Origin: Diplonema papillatum
Lineage: Eukaryota
Reading direction: 5' to 3'
DNA length: 64,000 bases
NCBI GenBank assembly: GCA_030068145.1
Contig: JAPJBO010001134.1
Span: forward strand, 1,408-65,407
Positions 53,220 through 64,000 of the stretch are shown here, piece by piece; the stretch's first letter is position 1, and each line of letters begins with the position of its first letter. Made by a program: the position numbers and the translations under genes. The notes under the pieces were generated by a model that did no database searches, was not told the DNA's origin, and was given only the letters and a program-made list of their open reading frames with translations.

Positions 53220-54790
53220 GACCACGGATGATCCTAACGGCACAGATAGACTCCGTCAGGGCTCAAGGTGGTCGTCTGTTTGCGAGTAGGGGGCACCGTG
53301 TCAAACCAGGACAACGTGCTTCATGATCCTAACGGCACAGATAGACTCCATCAGGGCTCAAGGTGGTCGTCTGTTTACAAGTAGGGGTGTTCCCGTGCCA
53401 AACCTGGGTAATATGTTCATCTCCAACCACGGATGATCCTAACGGCACAGATAGACTCCGTCAGGGCTCAAGGTGGTCGCCTGTTTGGGCACCGTGTCAA
53501 GCCAGGACAACGTGCTTCATCTCCGACCACGGATGATCCTAACGGCACAGATAGACTCCGTCAGGGCTCAAGGTGGTCGTCTGTTTGCGAGTAGGGGGCA
53601 CCGTGTCAAACCAGGACAACGTGCTTCATGATCCTAACGGCACAGATAGACTCCATCAGGGCTCAAGGTGGTCGTCTGTTTACAAGTAGGGGTGTTCCCG
53701 TGCCAAACCTGGGTAATATGTTCATCTCCAACCACGGATGATCCTAACGGCACAGATAGACTCCGTCAGGGCTCAAGGTGGTCGTCTGTTTGGGCACCAG
53801 GACAACGTGCTTCATCTCCGACCACGGATGATCCTAACGGCACAGATAGGCTCCGTCAGGGCTCAAGGTGGTCGTCTGTTTACAAGTAAGGGTTCCCGTG
53901 CCAAACGAGCTCTAATACGTTCATCTCCGACCACGGATGATCCTAACGGCACAGATAAACTCCGTCAGGGCTCAAGGTGGTCGTCTGTTTACAAGTAAGG
54001 GTTCCCGTGCCAAACGAGCTCTAATATGTTCGTCTCCGACCACGGATGATCCTAACGGCACAGATAGACTCCGTCAGGGCTCAAGGTGGTCGTCTGTTTA
54101 CAAGTAAGGGTTCCCGTGCCAAACGAGCTCTAATACGTTCATCTCCGACCACGGATGATCCTAACGGCACAGATAAACTCCGTCAGGGCTCAAGGTGGTC
54201 GTCTGTTTACGAGTAGGGGTGTTCCCGTGCCAAACCTGGGTAATATGTTCATCTCCAACCACGGATGATCCTAACGACACAGATAGACTCCGTCAGGGCT
54301 CAAGGTGGTCGTCTGTTTACAAGTAAGGGTTCCCGTGCCAAACGAGCTCTAATACGTTCATCTCCGACCACGGATGATCCTAACGGCACAGATAAACTCC
54401 GTCAGGGCTCAAGGTGGTCGTCTGTTTACGAGTAGGGGTGTTCCCGTGCCAAACCTGGGTAATATGTTCATCTCCAACCACGGATGATCCTAACGACACA
54501 GATAGACTCCGTCAGGGCTCAAGGTGGTCGTCTGTTTACAAGTAAGGGTTCCCGTGCCAAACGAGCTCTAATACGTTCATCTCCGACCACGGATGATCCT
54601 AACGGCACAGATAAACTCCGTCAGGGCTCAAGGTGGTCGTCTGTTTACAAGTAGGGGTGTTCCCGTGCCAAACCTGGGTAATATGTTCATCTCCAACCAC
54701 GGATGATCCTAACGACACAGATAGACTCCGTCAGGGCTCAAGGTGGTCGTCTGTTTACAAGTAATTCCCGTGCCAAACCAGGTCTAATAT
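53220..54790. repeat. Satellite array, about 15 units of roughly 96-112 bp, with two alternating spacer variants. Shared core: GATGATCCTAACGGCACAGATAGACTCCGTCAGGGCTCAAGGTGGTCGTCTGTTT.
   Basis: The unit starts at 53225, 53333, 53437, 53533, 53631, 53737 and so on. The ORFs at 53668..53998 simply translate the repeat. Confidence 0.9.
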
Positions 54791-55020
54791 GTTCATCTCC
54801 GATCACAGATGATGAAGTAGCGGGTACCGCCCTAAAATCGGCGTATATTCTGAGCTTCTGAGACTGGAGGTAACTGTAGCTCTCTGCGGCCTGTGCTACG
54901 TCTTTCTTCTGGCTAGAAACCAGCTAGGACTGGAATGAATGATTCAAACGTCAAATGGCAACATAGGATGGCACGGACATAACAGGAGAATGAACAAAAG
55001 AAAGAAGTAAGGGTACAAAG

Positions 55021-55190
55021 GGGGGGAAGGGGGGATGCAAGAGCGCGCTTGGAAAGGTGTGTGCCTCAACGCCGTGTCCTTTTTAGCGCCGTGTTGTTTT
55101 GGTCCTTTAAGCCACGGACCCATTAGCGGGGCCATCATCAGCGCGGAACCTGAGTGTCCGCAGGCAGGACAGCGATGTGAGCCTGGTCAC
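55021..55190 (+). repeat. SINE-like dispersed element, copy 4 (complete, about 170 bp)
   Basis: It shares the core with copy 2: GGTCCTTTAAGCCACGGAC, CCATCATCAGCGCGGAACCTGAGTGTCCGCAGGCAGGACAGCGATGTGAGCCTGG. Confidence 0.5.
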
Positions 55191-56758
55191 GTGGCTGAGG
55201 GGGACGCGTCGCTTGCAAAGCTCTAAAAAAAAATGACTCCTCTTTTACTCCTCCTTTGTTTCCATCTCGGATGGCCCTTCTTGTAGCCCGCGCTGCTAGA
55301 TTTTGCTGCTCCAGCCAGGGGTAGTACTCGCCTGAATATGCCGGCCACCAAAACGTGGCCGACATACGGTCAATAGCATTGGCCGGAGCACTGGTCCCAC
55401 GTTCGCTCTCCGACGCCTATAAAAATGTTGCAGAATGGTCAACGTGACGCCCTTTTCAGTCGCGTCAACCTTCCTCGAATGGCCGATGATGCACGTTTTA
55501 TTTTCTCCCAAACCCTCGTAGGGGGGAGCTTTTCGGGCGTTTCTCGATGAGCGTCACCAAGATGCTGCGCAGGGCTTTCGAGAGTATCTTTTCGGTACGA
55601 CAGTGAGAGACCAGGGCCGAAGAAATATGAGAACTATTTTCGCGGTCCCATTAGCTGAGAAATGGGTATCGAAATAACATTTCCAGAAGGCGCATCACAC
55701 CCGATGTTTCGAGCGTGCCCACACCCGATTGTCGAGACGACGGCTTTCGCGTCATGCGGCGGCAAGACGCTTGACTGCAAGCGGCGTATCAGAGGTAGGC
55801 CACGAAGGAGGAGGGGAGAAGCTTCGCACAGAAGGTTGTGTTACATCTGGCATCTACAGACCAGCGTTTTGAGCGATCCAAAAAAAATTAAAACAAAAAA
55901 AACAAAAAACAAAAACTCTGAAGCGCCGTCCCGTGCTTGTTTCGGCGGAGGCTAGGGAGGAGGGATGAACAGTACAGCTGACCAATGGCAAAGTTTCGCT
56001 GTATGCGTACTCCGTTGCACTAAACCAAGATCCTGCTACTACCTGCAGTTCATGTGGCAGACAACACATTTCCTCTTTTGTAACTAGCGACGGGCGGTCT
56101 CCTTGAGTGTTTCCTACAAAGCAAGTTGCTCAAAAGAAAAGGAATGGAGAGACGTTTCTAAAGTGAGGGGAGCTGTAGGGGGGAGGTACACGAGGACAGA
56201 AACAAGACACACAGCGCAGCGGAGCTGCGTGTGTACAGCAGACTTTTTTCCTGGAACGCCTTGTGCGTAAGTTTAGAACAAGTGTTTGAAGGTTGCTGGT
56301 ATAAGGCAGGTTGTCCGGAGGACACGTCTATCACGAAAGCCCGATGATGGGAAGGGGCGGGATTTGTTTGCGCACCCCGTCGGAACCCACGAAACGTGCG
56401 TGGCAACGCAGACTGTTGCAAAAGATTCCGGCCCTTCCACGACCCGTGCACTCAGTTGACCGGTTAAGACGTTGACTACTCAGACAAGAAAATGCACGAC
56501 GTCCATCCCAGCACTTGCGCAGGGCCTGCGATTTCCGGCTGTCGATTTGTACGATCGAGGACCGGATAGAAGCACCAGGCCAGGAGGTTTCCTTACTTCG
56601 TTCCCTGGTTAGGATGGGGCGCGGTTGTGGCGTGCCCAGCTTGTCGTTCCGCAACGGCCGACGAAGAGTCTGGTTCGTGGGTAGCGTGGCAGTGGCGTTG
56701 GCCGACGAACGATGTATTCTGCGGGCGAATTTGGAGAGGGAAAAAAAAGAAGGGATGC

Positions 56759-57379
56759 TCAGAGCAGAGTGAGAAGCTCACGAAGCCCGGCGGTGGCCGA
56801 CTGGGAAAGCAGCGACGCGTGTTTGTCCGCAGCAGCCCGGGCCAGGTTGCGAAGGTCGTCGGCTTGCGCCCCCGGCAGTGCCCGCAGGCGCGCTGCCAGC
56901 TTGGGGGCCGGGCAAGGCAGGAGTGCCGCCGCCGCCTCGACGCGTACTACGGGCTCTGTGTCGTTGAGTGCAAGGAGCGCTGCCTTGAACACAGCGGCTG
57001 GCTCGCTGCACAGGCGCAGTGCCTGTGCGGCGGCGACACGTGCCGCTATGCTGCCGGATCGACCGCCCTTCAACAACACGTCCTGCAGGACCCCGAAGCC
57101 GCGGCTGCCTGACAGTGCCAGCAGCGCGCACGCCGCTATCCTCACCTTCGCCTCGTCGCACGTGCACAGCTGCATCGCCTTGTCGATGGCGACCCCCGCG
57201 ATGCGGCTCGACGTCAAGCTCACTTCCCCGTCGCCCTCCGCCGATCCCCTCGCAGGGGTCGCCGGGGCCAACGGGTTGGCCAAGTACCCCGCCAGGCACC
57301 CGAGGGACAGCAAAGCTTGCTCCCGCAGCTCGCCTGCGCTGGCGACGTCGCTGCAGGTTTGCCCCAGGCACTCGATCAC
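56759..57379 (-). CDS. HEAT/ARM-like repeat protein, 3' exon (PBS-lyase-type E..VR..AA.AL repeats). It possibly belongs to the same gene as 57952..58719.
   Basis: The ORF has repeated about-30-aa Ala/Leu-rich helical units (EAKVRIAACALLAL, EPVVRVEAAAALL). Confidence 0.3.
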   Translation of the reverse strand: MIECLGQTCSDVASAGELREQALLSLGCLAGYLANPLAPATPARGSAEGDGEVSLTSSRIAGVAIDKAMQLCTCDEAKVRIAACALLALSGSRGFGVLQDVLLKGGRSGSIAARVAAAQALRLCSEPAAVFKAALLALNDTEPVVRVEAAAALLPCPAPKLAARLRALPGAQADDLRNLARAAADKHASLLSQSATAGLRELLTLL

Positions 57380-57951
57380 GCTGTCCTCCAGCAGCGGGTC
57401 GCCCTGCGTGTGGATGTGGGTTCAGCGCTTCCGCGAGCAGTCCCCGGTCTCCCTTTGCGAGCACGGTTTGGGAGCGCCAGAAAACGGAGAATGCTTGTTC
57501 CATTGGAACAGGGATTAAGGGCACGCTGTACTGAAGTAGCTTGCTCCGTTTAGGTCCTTGTGGGGTTCTTGTTATGGTCTTTTTGTTGGTCCTTTTAGGG
57601 GTCTTTTGGGGGTCGTTTTACGATCCTTTTTACGGTCCTTTTGAGGGTTATTATTGGATTGGGATTGGGTGGAGACGGTCGCAACAAGACCCACAGGACC
57701 AAAGCTTCAACTGTTCGGCAGCACTGCAGAACCAGGCGGCGGGTCGTGTGGCTACCAACTTCTCGCAAAAGGCACCAAGGCGTGGCGTACTTTGGAGGGC
57801 TCGGCGGTCTGAAGAAAAAGCCTGCAGAGGCGGTAGCCGCAGGGCAGAACCTGGCGGGATTGCGGCAGTGTGACCCCAACTCAAGCCTTGTACGCTGCAG
57901 CCGCTTATCGTTTCTGAGAAATGGTGGCCCCTGAGTGCATGCCGCCCCTTC

Positions 57952-58719
57952 CTACTGCACGTGTTTTTTTCCTGAAACGGAGAATGTCGGCATGACTTGG
58001 TGCAACTCCCCCGGCGGAGTACTAGTTTGGTCGATTATTTCTTTGCGGGCTCGTGGTCGTGGAGTTTCTTGCTTGCACAGAAAATGAACGAGACGGGAAA
58101 ACAACACCTTGACGGCTGCGACGTAGACTTTGCCGAGACCGTACAGGCAGGCTTTCCGGGCGGTGTCGTCGACAGCTCGCGCGTTGGCCACATTGATCAG
58201 CGATGTGACGCCCTTCGGTACCACCGTCGATATCGTGTGTGCCACCTGGTAGCGGTTCACCTTGCCGTCTCGCAGGACGCCGAGCAGCATTTGAAGGAGG
58301 GACGCATTCAGCTCGCAGCAGCGCAACCCAATGACGGCGGAAAGCCTGACCCTCGGATGTGTATCAGACAGCGTGTGCGTGAGCAAGCTCAGCGTGTCGG
58401 TGGGGAAAGAAGCCGCCGGACTCCTGCGCACAGTCTCGGACACGAGGTGCACGACGCCAGCCCGCAGGGGAGGGTGCGGGCCGTTCAAAAGGCTTCGCAG
58501 GGCGGTCAGGCTGCCTTCGACGAGAGCTGGCGGGAACCACGTCAAGACGAACAGCGCTTCCGCCTTCACCTTCACGTCGCCGGCGCTGTCCCCAGGGCCA
58601 GTCGCCGTGCTCGTGAGAGTCGACACGATGCGGTTATGCAGCTGGTGCGATATCGGCGGCAGCTTGTCCGCTGGCTGTTCGGGGGGGGGGTGATTCACAG
58701 TTGCGTTGTGAACTTGCAT
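57952..58719 (-). CDS. HEAT-like repeat protein, 5' exon (possible N-terminus of the same gene)
   Basis: ORF 57952..58719 with DTHPRVRLSAVIGLRCCE-type repeats. Confidence 0.3.
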   Translation of the reverse strand: MQVHNATVNHPPPEQPADKLPPISHQLHNRIVSTLTSTATGPGDSAGDVKVKAEALFVLTWFPPALVEGSLTALRSLLNGPHPPLRAGVVHLVSETVRRSPAASFPTDTLSLLTHTLSDTHPRVRLSAVIGLRCCELNASLLQMLLGVLRDGKVNRYQVAHTISTVVPKGVTSLINVANARAVDDTARKACLYGLGKVYVAAVKVLFSRLVHFLCKQETPRPRARKEIIDQTSTPPGELHQVMPTFSVSGKKHVQ

Positions 58720-59633
58720 TTTTTTTTCGTGGGATCAAAGTGGACCAGGGGACTTTAGCTCTTTGACTGGCCGAGTAAAAAAGCCGGTTTCAGCGAAAGC
58801 CCCCCAATTTTTGGGCTCTGTGGTGCCGGGGTGTCTGAGTGCCTGGAATCGTCGTCCCGCACACGCAAACTAGGGAACGGAGAGGAGTGGTGAGATATAG
58901 GCCTGCGGTGGCGGTGTGCACGTGTCATCAAACTACGGAGGTGGTAAGTGAAAAAAAGCTTCGAATAGCAGTAACCGGTAGTGAGATATTGCAAAACAAG
59001 TGGGAACGTGAAGCCGTGGAACGGGGGGCACTCAAGCGACGCAAACATGCTGTCCTCTGTGTTTGTCGTTCTGGAGACAACTCGCGGAGCGCCTGTGCGC
59101 ACCAAGGCTTCCTTGGGGTTTTTGAATGAGCAGAAACAATTTGCTCGTGTTCTTCAGCTTCTGCTCCAGTCCGCGCATGATGTCCTTCAACGTATCATCG
59201 TGCAGAGTGGCTCGGAGACGGCTCCTGACAAGTTTCAGGAGCGAAAACATCCTCTCCGCACCGGCAGTTCCAATCGGAACAGTTGCTGCAACTAGCAGCA
59301 TTTGGGTACAGCGTTCGGAGCTGGATGTCACCCAAGAGCCTTGTCAGCACTTGACTGAACTCCGTCCACCGGACCAATGAAAACAGTTCCTTTAGCGAGG
59401 TCGTGTGCGAGTGTACAGGTGGCAGTCATCCATGGGAGAGCTTGTGCTGTTTTCAGGTGGTTCACAAGAGGAGCAACCTTTTCTTGGACTTTTCGACGTC
59501 GCCAAAAACTCCCAGCGTGGATCAAACACACGGCTTGTAGGGACTCCCGACTCTCCAAATCGTGTTTAGCACAAACTCAAGAGGTCTAGTCAACTATCCC
59601 CTGCAGTAGTAGCATACTTTCAATAGGAAAATA

Positions 59634-59662
59634 AAGAGAGAGCGAGAGAGAGAGAGAGACGA
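59634..59662. repeat. (GA)n microsatellite; this is (CT)n on the minus strand, adjacent to the 3' end of the antisense LINE relic
   Basis: The read aaagagagagcgagagagagagagagac. Confidence 0.85.
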
Positions 59663-60129
59663 GTTAGAGTAGAGATAAGAGATAAGAAAATAAATAACGA
59701 ATACCGAATGCGGGGGCTTCAGCGAATGCTGCCATTTCAGCAGCGGAGACGTGAGAATGCCTCTGCCGCCCGTGACGGGACGGAACGTGACGAGGAACAA
59801 AGAAGCTGTCGCAAGATCAGAGTCGCTGGGTGCCGCCTGTCAGTGTGTGATGCCTCCAAAGAGAGAAGGGGAGGCGGGAAACCGTGATTTGGCAAAGTCA
59901 TCTTCGAAGAAAGTGAGAAACAACAAGGTGAAAGAAAACAGAGTAACGAACGCAGACCAGTCCAATAGGAGGACTAGGATCTACGTTTCCTTTGCCGCAT
60001 CGCGATGTTCGCTACGGCGAAATCCAGGGAGCCAGGGCGGTAGTAGGGCCAGTAGTTTGAACTTGTTCTGCAGCAACAATCTGTCGATAGACTGCACAAG
60101 CCGCTACAGACTACCTCTTTGCACGCGTC

Positions 60130-63100
60130 GTGTCATGCTTCGGTCGCTTCTTGCCCCGCGTACGTAGATTGTTTCCGCGGCCGAGATCTCAACTCCTGAG
60201 CCTGCTCGTCTTCGCGGCTCCGCTTCGGCTGGGCTTGTGGGCTGTCCTCTTTTGGGGTGCGCTTCTCGTTCAGAGGCGGCTGCTGCGGCTTCGGCTTCTT
60301 GCGGGCGCTCCCACCGGCTTGCTCTTCGTCGCGTCCGCGCTTCTGCTGGGAGCAGGCGCCGTCCGTCCCTTTTGCACGCTCACCGTTGAACGGGGACACC
60401 GTCCGGAATCCGCTTCGGGTCGCCTCCCTGAACCGCCAGCCTCTGCCCCCTCCTGGCAGGCGCCGACACATCCTCGGGACCCCACTGGGCAGCACGATCA
60501 CTCCTTTGTCCACCGCGCTCCGGGGACACATCCGCGCCCCACGACTCGCCGTTAAAGCCAGGGCGCGTACGCAGCAGCTGCGTTTCCAGTACTTCTCTCG
60601 TTTCTTCCCCCCTCGGAATATCGGTCTTCGCGTGTACCCCGTAATGTACGGTGAGCCACCAACCGTCCTCAGCGTGTCCACCCGGACTTTCTTTTCCGCC
60701 GGCATCAGCGAGCCGCCTCGGGCAGCCACCAGCGCGCTGCTCAGGGTCGCCAACATCTTCGCCATCTGCTTCGTTCGCGTGAGGAGCGAGACTTTCAAGG
60801 AGGTCGCGATAAGGGGGCCCGGCAGGTCTACGCCGGTGAAGACCTCAAAGTCTATCGCCAGCTCGCCGTCGAGACCTCGCCTGCCGTCCAGCCATGCTTG
60901 TGCCGCCCGGAAGACCCTCTCTCCGCCGACTGCCGCTACTATTTCAGGTCGATCAATGCTGCCGAGGTCAACAGGGTGGGCACTGCACGTCTCGTGGTCC
61001 AACTCTCTCCACGGGTGGTTTCGCTCGGCCGGGATGTCTCCCCGCTCCAGCTCTCGCTTCTTCCGGCATATTTCGGCAAACATCGTTTGCAGCAACTCCA
61101 CCTTTACCCCTCGGCAGGATGCAATGAATGGTCAGGCAGCGTGGCCACGCACTGCGGTCGAAGAGCGCCACCTCTTCGTACTGGAGGTTCCGGTGCACGT
61201 CATCGTATGCCCCGCAGCGCCACCATACGTGTTCAAGTGTTTCCTCCTCACCGCTCGCGCAGTGAAGGCATAGCGCGGCACAGCGCGGTGTGTGACCTCG
61301 TCGACATTGACCGGCGATAACCCCCGCGACGTCCCTCGCAACGTCAGGTGCCGTCGCGGACGCCGTCCAGAGCCAGTTGGTACTCCGATGGTCCACTCCT
61401 GCTGACATGCCGCTCAAATCCGGACGTCGCTTTCCCAACTCCTTCGCCGCCACGTGCGCACCAGGTCTCTCACCAGGTGCTTGAGCGCGCCGTTCTCAAG
61501 CTCCAGAAGCCCAAGTGTCGTTTCATTCTCGGCTCTGACATCCGATACATCGCTATCCCACCGTAACCCAACTCTCCGCACGTATTCGGCGGCAATCCCC
61601 ACGGGGCCGTAAAGGCGCACCTCATCTCCGTACCCTTCTCTTACTCTCTTCCGACACATTTTCACGAGCAGCACTATGGAGGCGCATGGTAGGACTACGT
61701 GGGGGTCTAGCAGATGCGCCTTGTTGAACACTCCGGGCACCACCTCTTGCGACCTCCTGAGCCGCGCCGTACCCCACAGGCCCCGCACGAGCGACGCGGA
61801 AACCGGTTCATCCCTCTCACCGTTGGCACCGCGAACGGCGTACCGCAAACAGCCGCTGGCACCATCGACATCGACGCCGGCCAGGCGCTCCACCTCCTCG
61901 CGCCGTTCGTCAAACCTTGCATCCGATACTCTCCGCGTCCGACGGGTGCTCACGCGGCCACCCGATCACGAGCTCGCTCACTGTCCCGAGGGTCTCGTCG
62001 CCAACTTTCAAAGTGGTCCTGTACTTCGGCTGCGTGCTGAAGGCGTGCGTCTTTTGCACATTGAGCTTCATTCCGGTCAGCCGGCAGAGCTCGTCCACCA
62101 ACCCCAGGCCGAGCTGCACACACTCTTCCCGTAGGTTCGAGAGCAGGGTCATGTCGTCTGCGTACGACTCCCGTGGTCCCCGCCTCTATGCATCTTGTCA
62201 ACACGGAGAGCTGCGCGTTGATCAGGATTACGCTCAGTGGGCACCCCTGCAGGATGCCGTTCGTGACCTCGAAGGTCTGTCCCACGCCCATAGGCAGGTT
62301 GAACCGCCTCCTGAGACGCTTGTAGACGTCGCGGAGTGGGGCCAGAACCCTGTCGTGCATTCCCATGTCCTCTACAAGTTTGAGCACCAGCTGCTGCGGC
62401 ATGCGGTCGAAGCACTTCGCAAAGTCGAGGGCGACCCCGCAGAGCGGCTCTCCGCCGAGCAGCGCCTCCTCGATCTGCGTTGTCACTTCGAAAAGGACAT
62501 CCTCGGCACTGTGTTTCGGCCTGAACCCGTGTTGCGTCCCGCAGATCCATGCCTCCTGCCATTGTACAATGTCGCGCAGTCGGACACAGGCCCATAGCCT
62601 GTAGACCGCGCTCGTAACGGTTATTGGCCGCATGGCCAGAGGCGCGATTGCATTGAACACCGCCACCAGGGCATCCAGCAGCAGCAGCGGCAGCTTCTTC
62701 AGCTCCGCCATGCTCCAGCCATCGACCGGGGGCACTCGCAGACTTCTTCGTCAACACCCTCTCGAGGTCGAGACCCACAACATCCACGCATGGCATCGCA
62801 TGTTTAGTGATGAACCGCCCATACCCATAGGGGCCTTGAACCTTCCGTAGGAGGACTGCGGCTTACTCACGTAAAGCCTGAGGATGGGATCCCACTCGCG
62901 CTGGAGAATTAAGTCCATCTCGTTCATGCTGGCTGGCACAGCATTCGCTGATCTGAGCACTGTCACACCCTCCATCGGCCTCCGCTTGCACAACCCGAGC
63001 AATTGTGCTTTGTCCGAGCAATGCAGCCTCTGCATCTTCGCTTCCAATTGTGACACGGGGTTCTTCCGCGCACGGGCTGCCAGCCCCTGGCTCCGTTGCT

Positions 63101-64000
63101 CCAGGTTCCGCACCTGCATCGATGGTCGGCGGTACCTCCCAGCCCCCTGACCCACTCCATTTGCCCCGGCAGACACTTTAGCGCAGCGTATTCGCCCACG
63201 TCTTCTCGAGGTGGCGCGGGAGCTGGAATGGCCCATTCGCGGCCGCCATCACGTCTCGAAGCCCAAGTACGTATGCGCTGACTCCGTTGGAGGCCTTGCG
63301 GCACTTGACGGTGGCATACGTAGCTGCCCCTGCTCCTTTCGGCGCTGCTCTCGCAGATACTGGCACTCTCTTCGGTTGTCTCTCTAGACCTCTCCCCCGG
63401 TACGCTTTCACGTGGCTGTCCAAATGCCCCTGTCCACACAACAATCCGAGCAAATATCCCTCGCAGGCCTCTGACGCTGCCCGTCACGTCGCTGGAATCA
63501 ACCGCGGCGAACCCGCTAGCAGCAAGCGCCCTCGCGCCTCTGCGGCGTCGACGTCGGCCAGCTCCCTGACCGGTAGCGGGCGCGGCATCCGGTACCTGTC
63601 GCACAATTCAGCATACGTGTCCAGCTGCAGCTCCACCGTCAGCATGCTGTGTTGGGGGATTCTGCACCCCTCCCCGTCCACAACCATGTCGGTGCTGCAG
63701 GACTTCAGCGAGCGGGTCGCTACCTCGCTTAGGAGGATGTAATCAATCCTGGAACCGAGTGTGGTTTCACGCTCGTATGTATTCGGAGGCGCTCCGTCGC
63801 TGCACAGCTCGGCAGCATCGTGCCACCCTGTCCTGAGCATGCACGCCAGGGCATCCGATGACTCGCGGTTGGTGTTAAAGTCACCAACGATGGCCACCGG
63901 CACGTCTCCAAGGGCCGCAGCCTGTTTGTGGACGTCAGCGATGAGACGCTCTCTGTCGTCGGCCTTCTTGTAGCCGCAGTGGGCGTACACGGAGAACACG
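60130..64000 (-). mobile_element. Degenerate, frameshifted non-LTR retrotransposon related to the 24.6-31.9 kb element. It is truncated by the window end, and its 5' part lies beyond 64000.
   Basis: The minus-strand ORF fragments follow the same domain order. 63484..63999 is the AP endonuclease (VAIVGDFNTNRES, SRIDYILLS). 61950..62735 is the reverse transcriptase (GVALDFAKCFD, ILQGCPLSVILIN). 60968..61453 is the Cys/His knuckle (CLHCASGEEETLEHVWWRC). The fragments are split across three frames. Confidence 0.65.

Noticed and set aside
53668-53998. ORFs of 73 and 86 aa inside the satellite array
   Set aside because: They are translations of the tandem repeat unit itself (ILTAQIDSVRAQGGRLF repeated). 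There is no independent support.
1-64000. A prokaryotic interpretation of the window, with operons, CRISPR, defence islands or a phage
   Set aside because: The sequence shows spliceosomal introns with GT..AG boundaries inside conserved proteins (TrxR, MVP, HMG). It also has LINE retrotransposons with a YVDD reverse transcriptase, dinucleotide microsatellites, and eukaryote-specific genes (MVP, Tom40). There are no Shine-Dalgarno-spaced gene arrays and no direct-repeat/spacer CRISPR architecture.

Overview
This window reads as a GC-rich (~58%) eukaryotic nuclear locus, probably from a protist, not a prokaryotic one. Evidence: spliceosomal introns with GTATGY donors and AG acceptors, microsatellites, long homopolymer tracts, tandem satellites and non-LTR retrotransposons. 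Most genes lie on the minus strand and have one to three large exons.

Genes supported by the sequence:
- A selenocysteine-containing thioredoxin/glutathione-reductase-like gene. Its last exon ends GCUG*, with UGA at 853..851.
- Three paralogs of a small basic protein carrying three 'TG(K/R)DLNxDGRVG' repeats and an Arg/Thr-rich tail.
- Two about-95%-identical copies of a secreted N-glycosylated protein, sitting inside a roughly 7 kb segmental duplication.
- An MFS transporter.
- A major vault protein (MVP) gene in at least three exons.
- An HMG-box protein gene in two exons.
- A Tom40-like beta-barrel protein.
- Weaker calls: a HEAT-repeat protein, a Pro/Ala-rich single-pass membrane protein, and a P-loop-like hypothetical protein.

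Mobile and repetitive content:
- A full-length, roughly 7.2 kb non-LTR retrotransposon. ORF1 is a coiled-coil protein. ORF2 carries, N to C, an OTU-like cysteine protease, an AP endonuclease, a reverse transcriptase, a Cys-rich knuckle and RNase H. It is flanked on both sides by CA-type microsatellites.
- A second, frameshifted relative of this element lies antisense at the window end.
- A roughly 170 bp SINE-like dispersed element in four copies.
- Two pol III-type tRNA-like units (A box, B box, oligo-T terminator) that do not fold as canonical tRNAs.
- A 102 bp tandem array of about 8 copies, and a roughly 105 bp satellite of about 15 copies.
- Several foldback and inverted-repeat structures rich in poly-G and poly-C.

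No rRNA or CRISPR was found. Exon and intron coordinates derived by hand are approximate, within a few nucleotides.
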